A stretch of 64,000 bases of DNA from an uncultured bacterium (lineage in GTDB: Bacteria; SAR324; NAC60-12). Shown piece by piece: positions 20,734-29,340 of this stretch (the stretch's first letter is position 1; each line of letters starts with the position of its first letter). A program made the position numbers and the translations under genes. The DNA lies in assembly GCA_965662235.1 (NCBI GenBank), contig CBFIGY010000001.1, positions 96,001 through 160,000 of the forward strand, written 5' to 3'. The notes below the pieces were generated by a model that ran no database searches, was not told the DNA's origin, and worked only from the letters and a program-made list of their open reading frames with translations.

Positions 20734-22128
20734 ATGAGTGAGGAATTTCGCGTTGAAAAAGATTCAATGGGAGAGGTTCGTGTCCCCGCCTGGGCCCTCT
20801 ATGGCGCCCAGACGCAACGGGCTGTGGACAACTTCCCCATCAGTGGGATCCGGATTCCTCGCCCCCTGATCCGTGCCCTGGGCATCGTCAAGCAGGCGGC
20901 AGCGAAGGTAAACGGAGAGCTGAAGAACATTCCCGCCGACGTTGCTGAGGCCATTCAGGCGTCAGCTCAGGAAGTCATTGACGGCCAGCTGGACGACCAC
21001 TTCCCGATCGACATCTACCAGACGGGCTCCGGGACCTCCAGCAACATGAACGCCAATGAGGTCATTGCACACCGGGCCATGCAGCTCCGGGAGAACCTCT
21101 CGGCCAAGGTGCACCCGAACGACCACATCAACTTTGGTCAAAGCTCCAACGACACCATTCCCACCGCCATCCGAGTTGCCGCTTACGAAGAAGCCCGGAA
21201 CACGCTGCTTCCGGCGATGCAGCACCTGCACGATACCTTTTTGGCCAAGGGCCAGGAATACGCTCAGGTTGTCAAAACGGGACGGACCCACCTGATGGAC
21301 GCCATGCCGGTGACCTTTGAGCAGGAATTCAGCGGATACGCCCGCCAGATTGAGCTTGGCATGAAGCGGGTGGAAGCCGCGCTGGAGCGGGTTGCAGAAC
21401 TTCCCATGGGCGGCACTGCTGTGGGAACCGGCATCAACACGACACCTGAGTTTCCGCCCCAGTTTGCCGCTGAGGTGGCCCGCATCACCGGGTGCCCCTT
21501 CCGGGAGGCGGAGAATCACTTTGAGGCACAGTCCACCGTCGATGCCCCTGTGGAGCTAGGCGCCCAGCTGAAGACCGTTGCGGTCAGCCTCATGAAGATC
21601 GCGAACGACCTGCGCTGGATGAACTCTGGTCCCAACAGCGGCCTCGGAGAGATCCAGCTCGCCGCCCTCCAACCCGGGTCCTCCATCATGCCGGGGAAGG
21701 TCAATCCCGTCATTGAAGAGTCCACCACCATGGTCTGTGCCCAGGTGGTCGGCTTCGATGCGGCCATCAGCGTTGGTGGCATGATGGGGAACTTTGAGCT
21801 GAACGTCATGCTGCCCATGGTGGCACACAGCCTGCTCGAATCCATCCGCCTGCTGGCAAACACCTGCCAGAACTTTGCCGACCGCTCCGTCTCCCAACTG
21901 ACGGTCCGGGAGGAGCACATCCGCTCCCTGATCGACAAAAATCCCATCTTGGTCACCGCCCTCAACCCTCTCATTGGCTACGACCTGGCTGCCAAGATTG
22001 CCAAAAAGGCCTTCGCGGAAAACCGGTCCCTCAAGGAAGTCGCCAAGGAGATGTGTGACCTTTCCATGGAGGAGTTGGAAAGCGCTCTGGATCCTGTCAA
22101 AATGACACGAGGTGGATTCACCGAGTGA
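20734..22128 (+). CDS. fumC: Class II fumarate hydratase
   Basis: QTGSGTSSNMNANE, KTGRTHLMDA, GSSIMPGKVNP; AAGGAG SD. Confidence 0.96.
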   Translation: MSEEFRVEKDSMGEVRVPAWALYGAQTQRAVDNFPISGIRIPRPLIRALGIVKQAAAKVNGELKNIPADVAEAIQASAQEVIDGQLDDHFPIDIYQTGSGTSSNMNANEVIAHRAMQLRENLSAKVHPNDHINFGQSSNDTIPTAIRVAAYEEARNTLLPAMQHLHDTFLAKGQEYAQVVKTGRTHLMDAMPVTFEQEFSGYARQIELGMKRVEAALERVAELPMGGTAVGTGINTTPEFPPQFAAEVARITGCPFREAENHFEAQSTVDAPVELGAQLKTVAVSLMKIANDLRWMNSGPNSGLGEIQLAALQPGSSIMPGKVNPVIEESTTMVCAQVVGFDAAISVGGMMGNFELNVMLPMVAHSLLESIRLLANTCQNFADRSVSQLTVREEHIRSLIDKNPILVTALNPLIGYDLAAKIAKKAFAENRSLKEVAKEMCDLSMEELESALDPVKMTRGGFTE

Positions 22129-22157
22129 GTTTCGGGACCTCTTCCTGACCGCACTTG

Positions 22158-22182
22158 GGGAGTCCGGGACACCCGGGCTCCC
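22158..22182 (+). terminator. GC-rich hairpin after fumC
   Basis: GGGAGTCCGGG-ACA-CCCGGGCTCCC; no clear U tract. Confidence 0.4.
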
Positions 22183-22317
22183 ATCCCCGCTCAAGTTGCC
22201 TCACAGACTCCCTGGTTCTTCCACCCGCACAGCGCTTCGGTTCCACCGATAGCCGACTCGGCCGCAACGCAGGTGCTCGGCCTGCCCGGCTCCCAACGCC
22301 TTTTTCTGCACAGAGTT

Positions 22318-23451
22318 ATGTCACAACCTCGGGTTCTCATTATTGATGATGAGCCGACCATTCGCCAAAGCATCCGCCAGGCCCTCCGGAGGGAGTCGCT
22401 TGAATTCTTTGAGGCGGAAAACGGCGAAGAGGGGCTCCAGCTTCTTGAAGCCAAACAGCCTTCGCTGGTGTTCCTCGACCTGAGGATGCCCGTCATGAAC
22501 GGCACCGAGGTCCTGCAGCGCATGAAGCTCCAGGCGTCTTCTCCATACGCCGTGATCGTGGTGACCGGACACGGTGACGATGAGGACCAGCGCGAGTGCT
22601 TCAAGCTCGGGGTGACCGCGTTCTTGCGCAAGCCCTTCCACCCCATTGAACTGCGGGGGCTGGTGAACCAGAGCCTCCAGCTCAAGGCCTACCAGCGTCA
22701 GGTGGAGGAGCTGCTGCAGGCCCGGACCCAGGAGCTTCATGAGGCCAAGCAGCAGCTTCTGCACGCTGCCAAGCTGTCGCTGCTCGGAGAGCTTTCGGCC
22801 AGCCTCGCCCACGAGCTCAATCAACCTCTGATGGTCATGGAGCTGTCCATCGACAGCGCCTTGGAAAGCCTCGCGCAGCGCAACCATCAGGAGCTCGGGG
22901 AGTCCCTGGAACGCCTGCAGCGCAACGTTCATCGGGGCATGGAGGTCGTCAAGCGCATCCGCGGATTTGGGCGCGACACGGGTCAGGACGAGTGGGCCCC
23001 GTTTGCCCCCAACGAACGCGTCCAGCGCGCACTGGAGCTGGTGGCCCCCACGCTGAAGGCCCGGAACCTTTCCCCCGAGCTCGACCTCGCGCCTGAGCTC
23101 CCCCCTCTCTGGGGAGACAGCGTGCAGGTGGAACAGATCCTTACCAACCTGATCCTCAATGCCAGCGATGTGCTGGAGTCCGTCCCGGAACCTCACCTGC
23201 AGATCCGGACCGAGCTGCAGGAAGACGCCGTGGTGTTTCAGGTGTCTGACAATGGCGGTGGCGTGCCTCCCGAACACGTCCCCCACCTGTTCAAGGCCTT
23301 CTACACCACCAAGTCTGCCGAAAAGGGCAGTGGACTGGGACTTGCCATCAGCGCCCGCATTGCCGACAACCACAGCGGTTCCCTGACGCTGCGCAACCAG
23401 CCCGGAACCGGGGCCACGTTCGTTCTCTCCCTTCCTGTGACCGACGCATGA
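22318..23451 (+). CDS. Cytoplasmic hybrid receiver-histidine kinase (REC-HisKA-HATPase, NtrB-like kinase core)
   Basis: IIDDE...FLDLRMP...RKPF receiver; LAHELNQPL H-box; NLILNA, DNGGG, FYTTK, GSGLGL. Confidence 0.9.
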   Translation: MSQPRVLIIDDEPTIRQSIRQALRRESLEFFEAENGEEGLQLLEAKQPSLVFLDLRMPVMNGTEVLQRMKLQASSPYAVIVVTGHGDDEDQRECFKLGVTAFLRKPFHPIELRGLVNQSLQLKAYQRQVEELLQARTQELHEAKQQLLHAAKLSLLGELSASLAHELNQPLMVMELSIDSALESLAQRNHQELGESLERLQRNVHRGMEVVKRIRGFGRDTGQDEWAPFAPNERVQRALELVAPTLKARNLSPELDLAPELPPLWGDSVQVEQILTNLILNASDVLESVPEPHLQIRTELQEDAVVFQVSDNGGGVPPEHVPHLFKAFYTTKSAEKGSGLGLAISARIADNHSGSLTLRNQPGTGATFVLSLPVTDA

Positions 23452-25910
23452 CCTTCTCTGCTTCTGATCCGTCCCTGTTCTCCAGCTACTACGCGTATGT
23501 GCTGGTTGTGGAAGACGACCCGGACCTGCGAGAATCCTTGGGGCTCCTCCTCAAGCAAAACGACCTCGGCCCGCTCCTCTGCGAGAGCGCTGAGCAGGCC
23601 CTGGAGCAGCTTCAGCAGTTTCAGCCCGACTTGGTTCTGACCGACCTCAACCTTCCAGGCATGAGCGGTTTTGAGCTGATCCGCCACCTGCATGCTCAGG
23701 AAAAAACCTCCACGCTCCCCATCATCGTCCTCTCTGGCGTCAACCGGGAACAGGCGTGGCGCAAGTCCATGAACCTCGGTGTGGAGGACTTCCTTCCCAA
23801 ACCCTCCAGCGCCAGTGACCTGATCCGGGCAGTGAAGACCCGCCTGACCCGGAGCAAGAGCCTCGTCGGTCGCGAGCAGCGGGAGAAGCTCCGGACCGAG
23901 CACAAACTCCGGGACCTGACCGGCGTGATTCAGCAGCTGGAACAGGTGGAACAGCGCAAGGACGCGGTGCTGCTTGTGCTGCAGACCATCCTCCGGGAGT
24001 TCCATCTGACCCATGGCGCGGTCTACTGGAAGGGCGAGATTGACTGGTTTGAGGGTGAGGATCAGATGGAGTTTTACGCTGAGGCGTCGCACCAGTCTGA
24101 TGCCCCGGTGCAGTGGCCCCCGCACCTTGCTTCTGCGCATCCCTCCGTTGAGCAGATCATTGCCCGCAAGCACCCGCTTCTGCTCAACCAGGTCGAGCCG
24201 CCCCCGCTCATTCCCGGCACCCAGCCCGACCGGCTCGTGCTTGCGCCTCTGCTAGACCAAGGCGAGGTCACCGGAGTGCTGCTCGCCATGGGCGGTCCGG
24301 CGAAGGTGGCCTTCAACGACCGCGACGCTCTCTTCCTTGAGACCCTGGCCCGCATGGCCATGATGGCGTCGAAAAACAGTCACATGCTGCAGGTCATCCA
24401 GATTCAGGTGCAGACGCTGGAAGACCGGGTGCTCGAAAAGACTCAGGCCATCCGGAACCTCCTCAACTACACCGGACAGGGCATCCTTGCCTTTGGCGAC
24501 GACTACCGGATCCACAACGATTACTCAGCCCCCTGCCTGGAATTTTTCGGGGAACCGATTGCCGGCAAAAATGCCCTTGAGCTGCTCTTTCCCGGCGACT
24601 CTCCGGACGCCCAGAAGAGCCGAGCAGCCACCCAGGAACTCATGGACCTCCTCCTGAGCGGAACCGGCACCCTCGACCTCTTTGAAGACTTCCTGCCTCA
24701 GGAGATTGAGCTGAAGGCCCGGATTCTTTCAGTCGGGTACCGGCTCATTCCGTCGGTCGGCCACGAAGGTCCCCGGCTGATGGTGCTTCTGGACGACGTC
24801 ACACGCGAGCGGCAGCTGACCCGGGAGGTGGAGGACGAAAAGGAACGGCATGAGCTGATCCTCCGGGTTGCGCTCGATCGAGAAGGGTTCCTCCAGTTCC
24901 TCCGGGATGCAGAACGACTCTTTCAGCAGCTGGAGGAAGACCTCCAGGTTCCGCTGGAGCAGCTGGACCTCAACGCCGTCATGCGGCACTTCCACACCCT
25001 CAAGGGCGGAGGCGCCAGCTACGGACTGAAGCTGCTGGCGGAACACGCTCACAGCCTTGAGGAATCTCTGGAACCGGTACGGCGTCAAACGGAGGAGCTC
25101 TCGGTAGAGCGAGTTCAGGAACTCATCGGGGCCCTGCCCATCCTCCGAGACAAGCTGAATGAGCAGCTGAAGGTTCTGAAGGGGACTGCGTTGGAGCGGG
25201 ACTTGACCCGGAATGAGCGGAGCTTCCAGCTTTCTGAGTCGCGCCTGCATCAGCTCAAGCACGACTTCAGAACCCTTCTCCAGGAGCACAACAGCTCAAC
25301 CGAACTGCAAAACACCGTGGAGGCGACCCTCACTCAGCTGGAACGGCAGCCCCTGGGCCCGGTGCTCTACAAGTACGCCACCCAGGCCCGTGGACTGGCT
25401 GAACGTCTGGGCAAGCAGGTGCAGGTGCACGTCTCCGGAGAGGCCGTTGAGGTCCGGCACACGCCGCTTGAATCCCTCTTCAGCGCACTTGTGCACCTCG
25501 TTCGCAACGCCGTTGACCATGGCCTTGAATCACCTGAGGATCGTGTGGCGCAGGGCAAACCTCCCGAGGGCCACCTTTGGATTGAGGCAACCCTCACAGG
25601 GACGTGTCTGGAGTTGCGAATTCGGGAAGATGGGCGCGGGGTGGATGTCTCGCAGGTCAAGAACCGAGCCCTAGAAAAGGGGCTGGCTTCTGAGGAAGAG
25701 GTGGAGCAGTGGAGCGATGCTCAGGCGCTGGACTGTCTCTTTCAGCCGGGATTCACGACCAAAGCAGCAGTCACGGCGACCTCCGGACGCGGGGTTGGCC
25801 TAGATGCCGTCCGGGACGAGGTCCTCCGGCTTCAGGGGAAGATCGACCTTCAGTCCACCTTCGGAGCCGGCACCGAGTTTCGGCTCCAGCTCCCCAACGA
25901 GCAGATTTAG
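23448..25910 (+). CDS. CheA-like hybrid kinase (REC-GAF-like-PAS-like-HPt-CheA-type HATPase), no CheW-like domain
   Basis: VVEDD...TDLNLP receiver; FHTLKGGGASYGL HPt; HLVRNAVDHGLE, EDGRG, SGRGVGLDAV; ATGA overlap with the upstream gene. Confidence 0.85.
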   Translation: MTFSASDPSLFSSYYAYVLVVEDDPDLRESLGLLLKQNDLGPLLCESAEQALEQLQQFQPDLVLTDLNLPGMSGFELIRHLHAQEKTSTLPIIVLSGVNREQAWRKSMNLGVEDFLPKPSSASDLIRAVKTRLTRSKSLVGREQREKLRTEHKLRDLTGVIQQLEQVEQRKDAVLLVLQTILREFHLTHGAVYWKGEIDWFEGEDQMEFYAEASHQSDAPVQWPPHLASAHPSVEQIIARKHPLLLNQVEPPPLIPGTQPDRLVLAPLLDQGEVTGVLLAMGGPAKVAFNDRDALFLETLARMAMMASKNSHMLQVIQIQVQTLEDRVLEKTQAIRNLLNYTGQGILAFGDDYRIHNDYSAPCLEFFGEPIAGKNALELLFPGDSPDAQKSRAATQELMDLLLSGTGTLDLFEDFLPQEIELKARILSVGYRLIPSVGHEGPRLMVLLDDVTRERQLTREVEDEKERHELILRVALDREGFLQFLRDAERLFQQLEEDLQVPLEQLDLNAVMRHFHTLKGGGASYGLKLLAEHAHSLEESLEPVRRQTEELSVERVQELIGALPILRDKLNEQLKVLKGTALERDLTRNERSFQLSESRLHQLKHDFRTLLQEHNSSTELQNTVEATLTQLERQPLGPVLYKYATQARGLAERLGKQVQVHVSGEAVEVRHTPLESLFSALVHLVRNAVDHGLESPEDRVAQGKPPEGHLWIEATLTGTCLELRIREDGRGVDVSQVKNRALEKGLASEEEVEQWSDAQALDCLFQPGFTTKAAVTATSGRGVGLDAVRDEVLRLQGKIDLQSTFGAGTEFRLQLPNEQI

Positions 25911-27223
25911 AGGCCTTCCAGCTGCAGCCGTGACCACAGCGGCTCCAGCCAATCGGCCAGCGATTGCTCGGCCAGCGGCTCCAGTTCCACTCCCAGCAGC
26001 ACGTCCAGCGGATAGATGTCCTTGCCCTGAGCGTCCCGGGTGCGTCCCCAGTTGAAGCCCTGCAACCGAGCCGTCTCTAGGCCCGGAAACGAGGTCACGC
26101 CAAGCGCCTGCCAACTCTGCTGGAACTGGTGGAGGTACTCCAGCTGCTCAAAGCTTCCCAGACACGTCAGCCCATTCTCAAACGCCAGCAGGCTGAAGCA
26201 GATCAGTAGCCCCGGACACAGCTCATCGCGCTCCACGGCCTCGGCCAGCAGGTGCGGGAGCAGGTGAATGGAGGTCCCGCGGCCATTCAGGTACCCCCCT
26301 TGGAAGCTCAGGGGGTCGAGCCGACGCTTGTTCTTCTTGAGAATCTCCCCAAAAAACAAAGACTGATCTGGGTCAAACACCCGAAACGCCTCCTCCTGAA
26401 ACGCCGGATGCAGCAGCAGCTGGTGCAGCGGATGCGCCTCGTTGAGCAGCACCTGCTCCCGGAACACGTCCAGCAGCACCCGGTTCAGGTCAAAAAACAC
26501 TACGTCTGAGACCCCCAAGGCCGACTCCAGCTGCGCCCGGGCAAACTGACTCATCCAGGTGGTCAGGGAGCGTCCGGAAGGCGCCGGAGGAAGCAACGGC
26601 TGCAGCGGCTGCGTCAGGTGCGGAAGCAGGTAGACCATGCGGTCTGGAATGCTGGACCCGAAGACCCGTGCGTCTCGCCACCCTCCGGGAATCAGGGCAA
26701 ATCGCTTCTCTTCCGAGTCGCGGGCCCGGTCCCGTTCTGCCTGCTTGAGGTCCCGGAACGCCGGAGCCTTGGAGGTAATGACCTCTTCAAGCAAGAAGCG
26801 GTCGCTCCAGTTCATGCAGCCGGACCAGGCGCCATTCGCAAAGGGCACTCCCGACCACGCGCCAACCCAGTAGGTTTCTCCCTCCGGACGTCCCGCCAGC
26901 GCCAACCGGTGCATGGCCAGAAAGCTGGGGCCTTCTGAAACCGTCAGGTGCGTTGCCGTTTGCAGCAGACGGGTTCGTTCCAGAGAAGCAAGGTGCCGGT
27001 CGGCCTCTGCGGCTTCCAGACCCAGCCGCTCCAGTTCCTTCCGGAGGGCCCGCTGCAGTCCCTCTGTGAGAGGCGGGCTCCCGGGAGGTGGATTCCAGAG
27101 GGACGCAGCATAGGAGTGCAGTGATTCCTCCGCGTGCTCCTTCACCCACTGGGCCAGCCGGGGGCGGTTTTGTTGCAGGAGGGCATGGGAGACTTGAGTC
27201 AGGCGTTTCTTTTTTGCAGGCAA
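25907..27223 (-). CDS. Hypothetical protein (438 aa), function unknown
   Basis: Long ORF with host-like codon usage; fills the gap after the acyl-CoA ligase; TTG start uncertain. Confidence 0.7.
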   Translation of the reverse strand: MPAKKKRLTQVSHALLQQNRPRLAQWVKEHAEESLHSYAASLWNPPPGSPPLTEGLQRALRKELERLGLEAAEADRHLASLERTRLLQTATHLTVSEGPSFLAMHRLALAGRPEGETYWVGAWSGVPFANGAWSGCMNWSDRFLLEEVITSKAPAFRDLKQAERDRARDSEEKRFALIPGGWRDARVFGSSIPDRMVYLLPHLTQPLQPLLPPAPSGRSLTTWMSQFARAQLESALGVSDVVFFDLNRVLLDVFREQVLLNEAHPLHQLLLHPAFQEEAFRVFDPDQSLFFGEILKKNKRRLDPLSFQGGYLNGRGTSIHLLPHLLAEAVERDELCPGLLICFSLLAFENGLTCLGSFEQLEYLHQFQQSWQALGVTSFPGLETARLQGFNWGRTRDAQGKDIYPLDVLLGVELEPLAEQSLADWLEPLWSRLQLEGL

Positions 27224-27258
27224 GCGACGTTTTCAGGAAAAAGAGAGATCCACAAATT

Positions 27259-28875
27259 TCAAAGGCCCTTGGCCTGGACCCGAAGCTCGTTCTTCCGGAC
27301 CTTCCCAGTGGAGGTCTTCGGCAGTTCACTGAACACCACGGTCCGCGGAACCTTGTATCCCGCCAGCTTGGAGCGGCAGAAGGTAATGACCTCTTCGGCT
27401 GTGAGCTGCTTGCCCTCCCGGAGGGTCACAAACGCACAGGGGTGCTCGCCCCACTTTTCATCCGGACGGGCCACGACAGCGGCTTCTAGGATGTCCGGGT
27501 GCTGATACAGAGCATTCTCCACCTCAACGGAGCTGATGTTCTCCCCGCCGGAAATGATGATGTCCTTGGAACGGTCCTTGAGTTCAATGTAGCCGTCGGG
27601 GTGCAGCACTCCTAGGTCTCCGGAATGGAACCAGCCGCCGCGGAAGGCCTCGGCCGTGGCGTCCGGATTCTTCAGGTACCCCTTCATGACCACATTCCCT
27701 TGGAAGAGCACCTCGCCCATCGTCTCACCGTCGGCGGGAACCGGTTCCAGGGTCTCCGGATCAGCGACCGTCAGTCCTTCCAAAACGTGATAGCGAACCC
27801 CCTGACGTCCCTTCTTGAGGGCCTGCTGTTCCGGATCAAGGGTGTTCCAGGACTCCTGCCAGTCACACACCACCGATGGGCCATAGACCTCGGTCAGTCC
27901 ATAGACGTGGGTCACCTCAAAGCCAATGGACTGCATACGAGCAATCACTGCAGGTGGCGGCGGTGCGGCAGCGGTCATGATCTTCACCGGCCCCGGAAGC
28001 TCACGGACCTCCGACTCGGCGGCATTGCCGATCATGCCCATCACAATGGGTGCTCCGCAGAGATGCGTCACGTGGTGGTCGGCAATCGCTTGATAGATGT
28101 TGGCCGCGGTCACCTTGCGCAGGCAGACGTTGGTTCCAGCCAAAGCCGCCATGGTCCACGGAAAGCACCACCCGTTGCAGTGGAACATCGGCAGCGTCCA
28201 CAGGTAAACAGGATGATGCGGCAGCTCCCACGAAAGGACGTTCCCCATGGCAAGCAGGTACGCACCACGACCGTGATACACCACTCCCTTGGGACGTCCG
28301 GTGGTGCCCGAGGTATAGTTGAGGGCCACCGCTTGCCAGTCGTCTTCCGGCCAGATGGGGGTGAACTCCGGATCGCCCTGCGCCAGCAACTCTTCATAGT
28401 TGAGGCTTCCCAGCAGCTCTCCCGACTCCGCCTGCGGGTCATCGATGTCAATCACCAGCACCTCCTGCGAGGTCAACGCCAATGCCTCCTTGATGACCGG
28501 AGAAAATTCCTTGTCGGTGATGAGGATCTTGCTCTCGCCGTGCTCAAAGATGTACGCCAGGGTATCCGCATCAAGGCGGATGTTGAGGGCATTGAGCACG
28601 CCGCCCGCCATCTGCACTCCGAAGTGTGCCTCATACAGCTCCGGAATGTTCGGCGCCATCACGGAAACCGTGTCCCCGTGGCCAATGCCATGCTTCTGCA
28701 GCGCTGATGCGAGGCGGCGGCAACGGACGTAGGTTTCTGCCCACGTTCGCTGGACGGATCCGTGGATCAGCGCAATCCGCTCAGGGTGCACCGCGGCAGC
28801 ACGCTGGAGGAAGCTGATGGGCGAAAGGGGGGCGTAGTTGGCGGCGGTTTGAGGAAGCTGGTCGTAGGCATTCAT
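27259..28875 (-). CDS. Acyl-CoA synthetase (AMP-forming, short/medium-chain type)
   Basis: NYTSGTTGRPKG, LPMFHCNGW, HVYGLTE, WFHSGD, KDIIISGGENISS, PKTSTGK. Confidence 0.92.
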   Translation of the reverse strand: MNAYDQLPQTAANYAPLSPISFLQRAAAVHPERIALIHGSVQRTWAETYVRCRRLASALQKHGIGHGDTVSVMAPNIPELYEAHFGVQMAGGVLNALNIRLDADTLAYIFEHGESKILITDKEFSPVIKEALALTSQEVLVIDIDDPQAESGELLGSLNYEELLAQGDPEFTPIWPEDDWQAVALNYTSGTTGRPKGVVYHGRGAYLLAMGNVLSWELPHHPVYLWTLPMFHCNGWCFPWTMAALAGTNVCLRKVTAANIYQAIADHHVTHLCGAPIVMGMIGNAAESEVRELPGPVKIMTAAAPPPPAVIARMQSIGFEVTHVYGLTEVYGPSVVCDWQESWNTLDPEQQALKKGRQGVRYHVLEGLTVADPETLEPVPADGETMGEVLFQGNVVMKGYLKNPDATAEAFRGGWFHSGDLGVLHPDGYIELKDRSKDIIISGGENISSVEVENALYQHPDILEAAVVARPDEKWGEHPCAFVTLREGKQLTAEEVITFCRSKLAGYKVPRTVVFSELPKTSTGKVRKNELRVQAKGL

Positions 28876-29166
28876 GAGCGACTCTTGGTAAACAGGCAGA
28901 GCATGACGCAACCCAAGTTGCTGATTCGGGAGAAAACCGGAACTCATCATACCTGCACTCCGGGCTGGGAGCAATGCGGAAACCCACTCTTCTGAAGGCG
29001 TTTTTCTGGAAAAAAGCGGCTTGACTTCAGGCCGTGACCTGCCAATTTACAATGTTGCTCAAAATGGTTTAGGTTCCCTCTGCGCTCCGTTCGCAGGGAT
29101 GCGGAGGCACCTGAAGACTCCCGCCCTCACGTGTCAACACCGCTTTCACCCATTGGAGACCCCTGG

Positions 29167-29340
29167 ATGCAGAAACGCTGGAGCATGGTTTTGATCGGAC
29201 TGTCCCTCGGACTGTCCTCGTGTGCCTCAGGCTTTAATGTGGAGTGCATTCACTGGGTGGACTCGCTCACTGGGAAGGCCAAGAAACACTCGCAGTGCGA
29301 ATCAGCTACGCCTTCTCGTAACCGACCAATAAGGACGTGA
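29167..29340 (+). CDS. Small putative lipoprotein (57 aa)
   Basis: GGAGA SD; MQKRWSMVLIGLSLGLSSC lipobox; stop abuts the dsbD-like start. Confidence 0.6.
   Translation: MQKRWSMVLIGLSLGLSSCASGFNVECIHWVDSLTGKAKKHSQCESATPSRNRPIRT

Noticed and set aside
19259..20767. 502 aa minus-strand ORF and similar long antisense ORFs (e.g. 2020-2916, 13997-15046, 22321-23373, 27625-28707, 30021-30998, 51284-52351, 59476-60495, 61325-62329)
   Set aside because: Antisense or alternate-frame shadows of well-supported genes, expected in GC-rich DNA; no recognisable motifs.
29021..29053. TTGACT...TACAAT sigma70-like promoter
   Set aside because: The spacer is 21 nt, too long for a canonical promoter.
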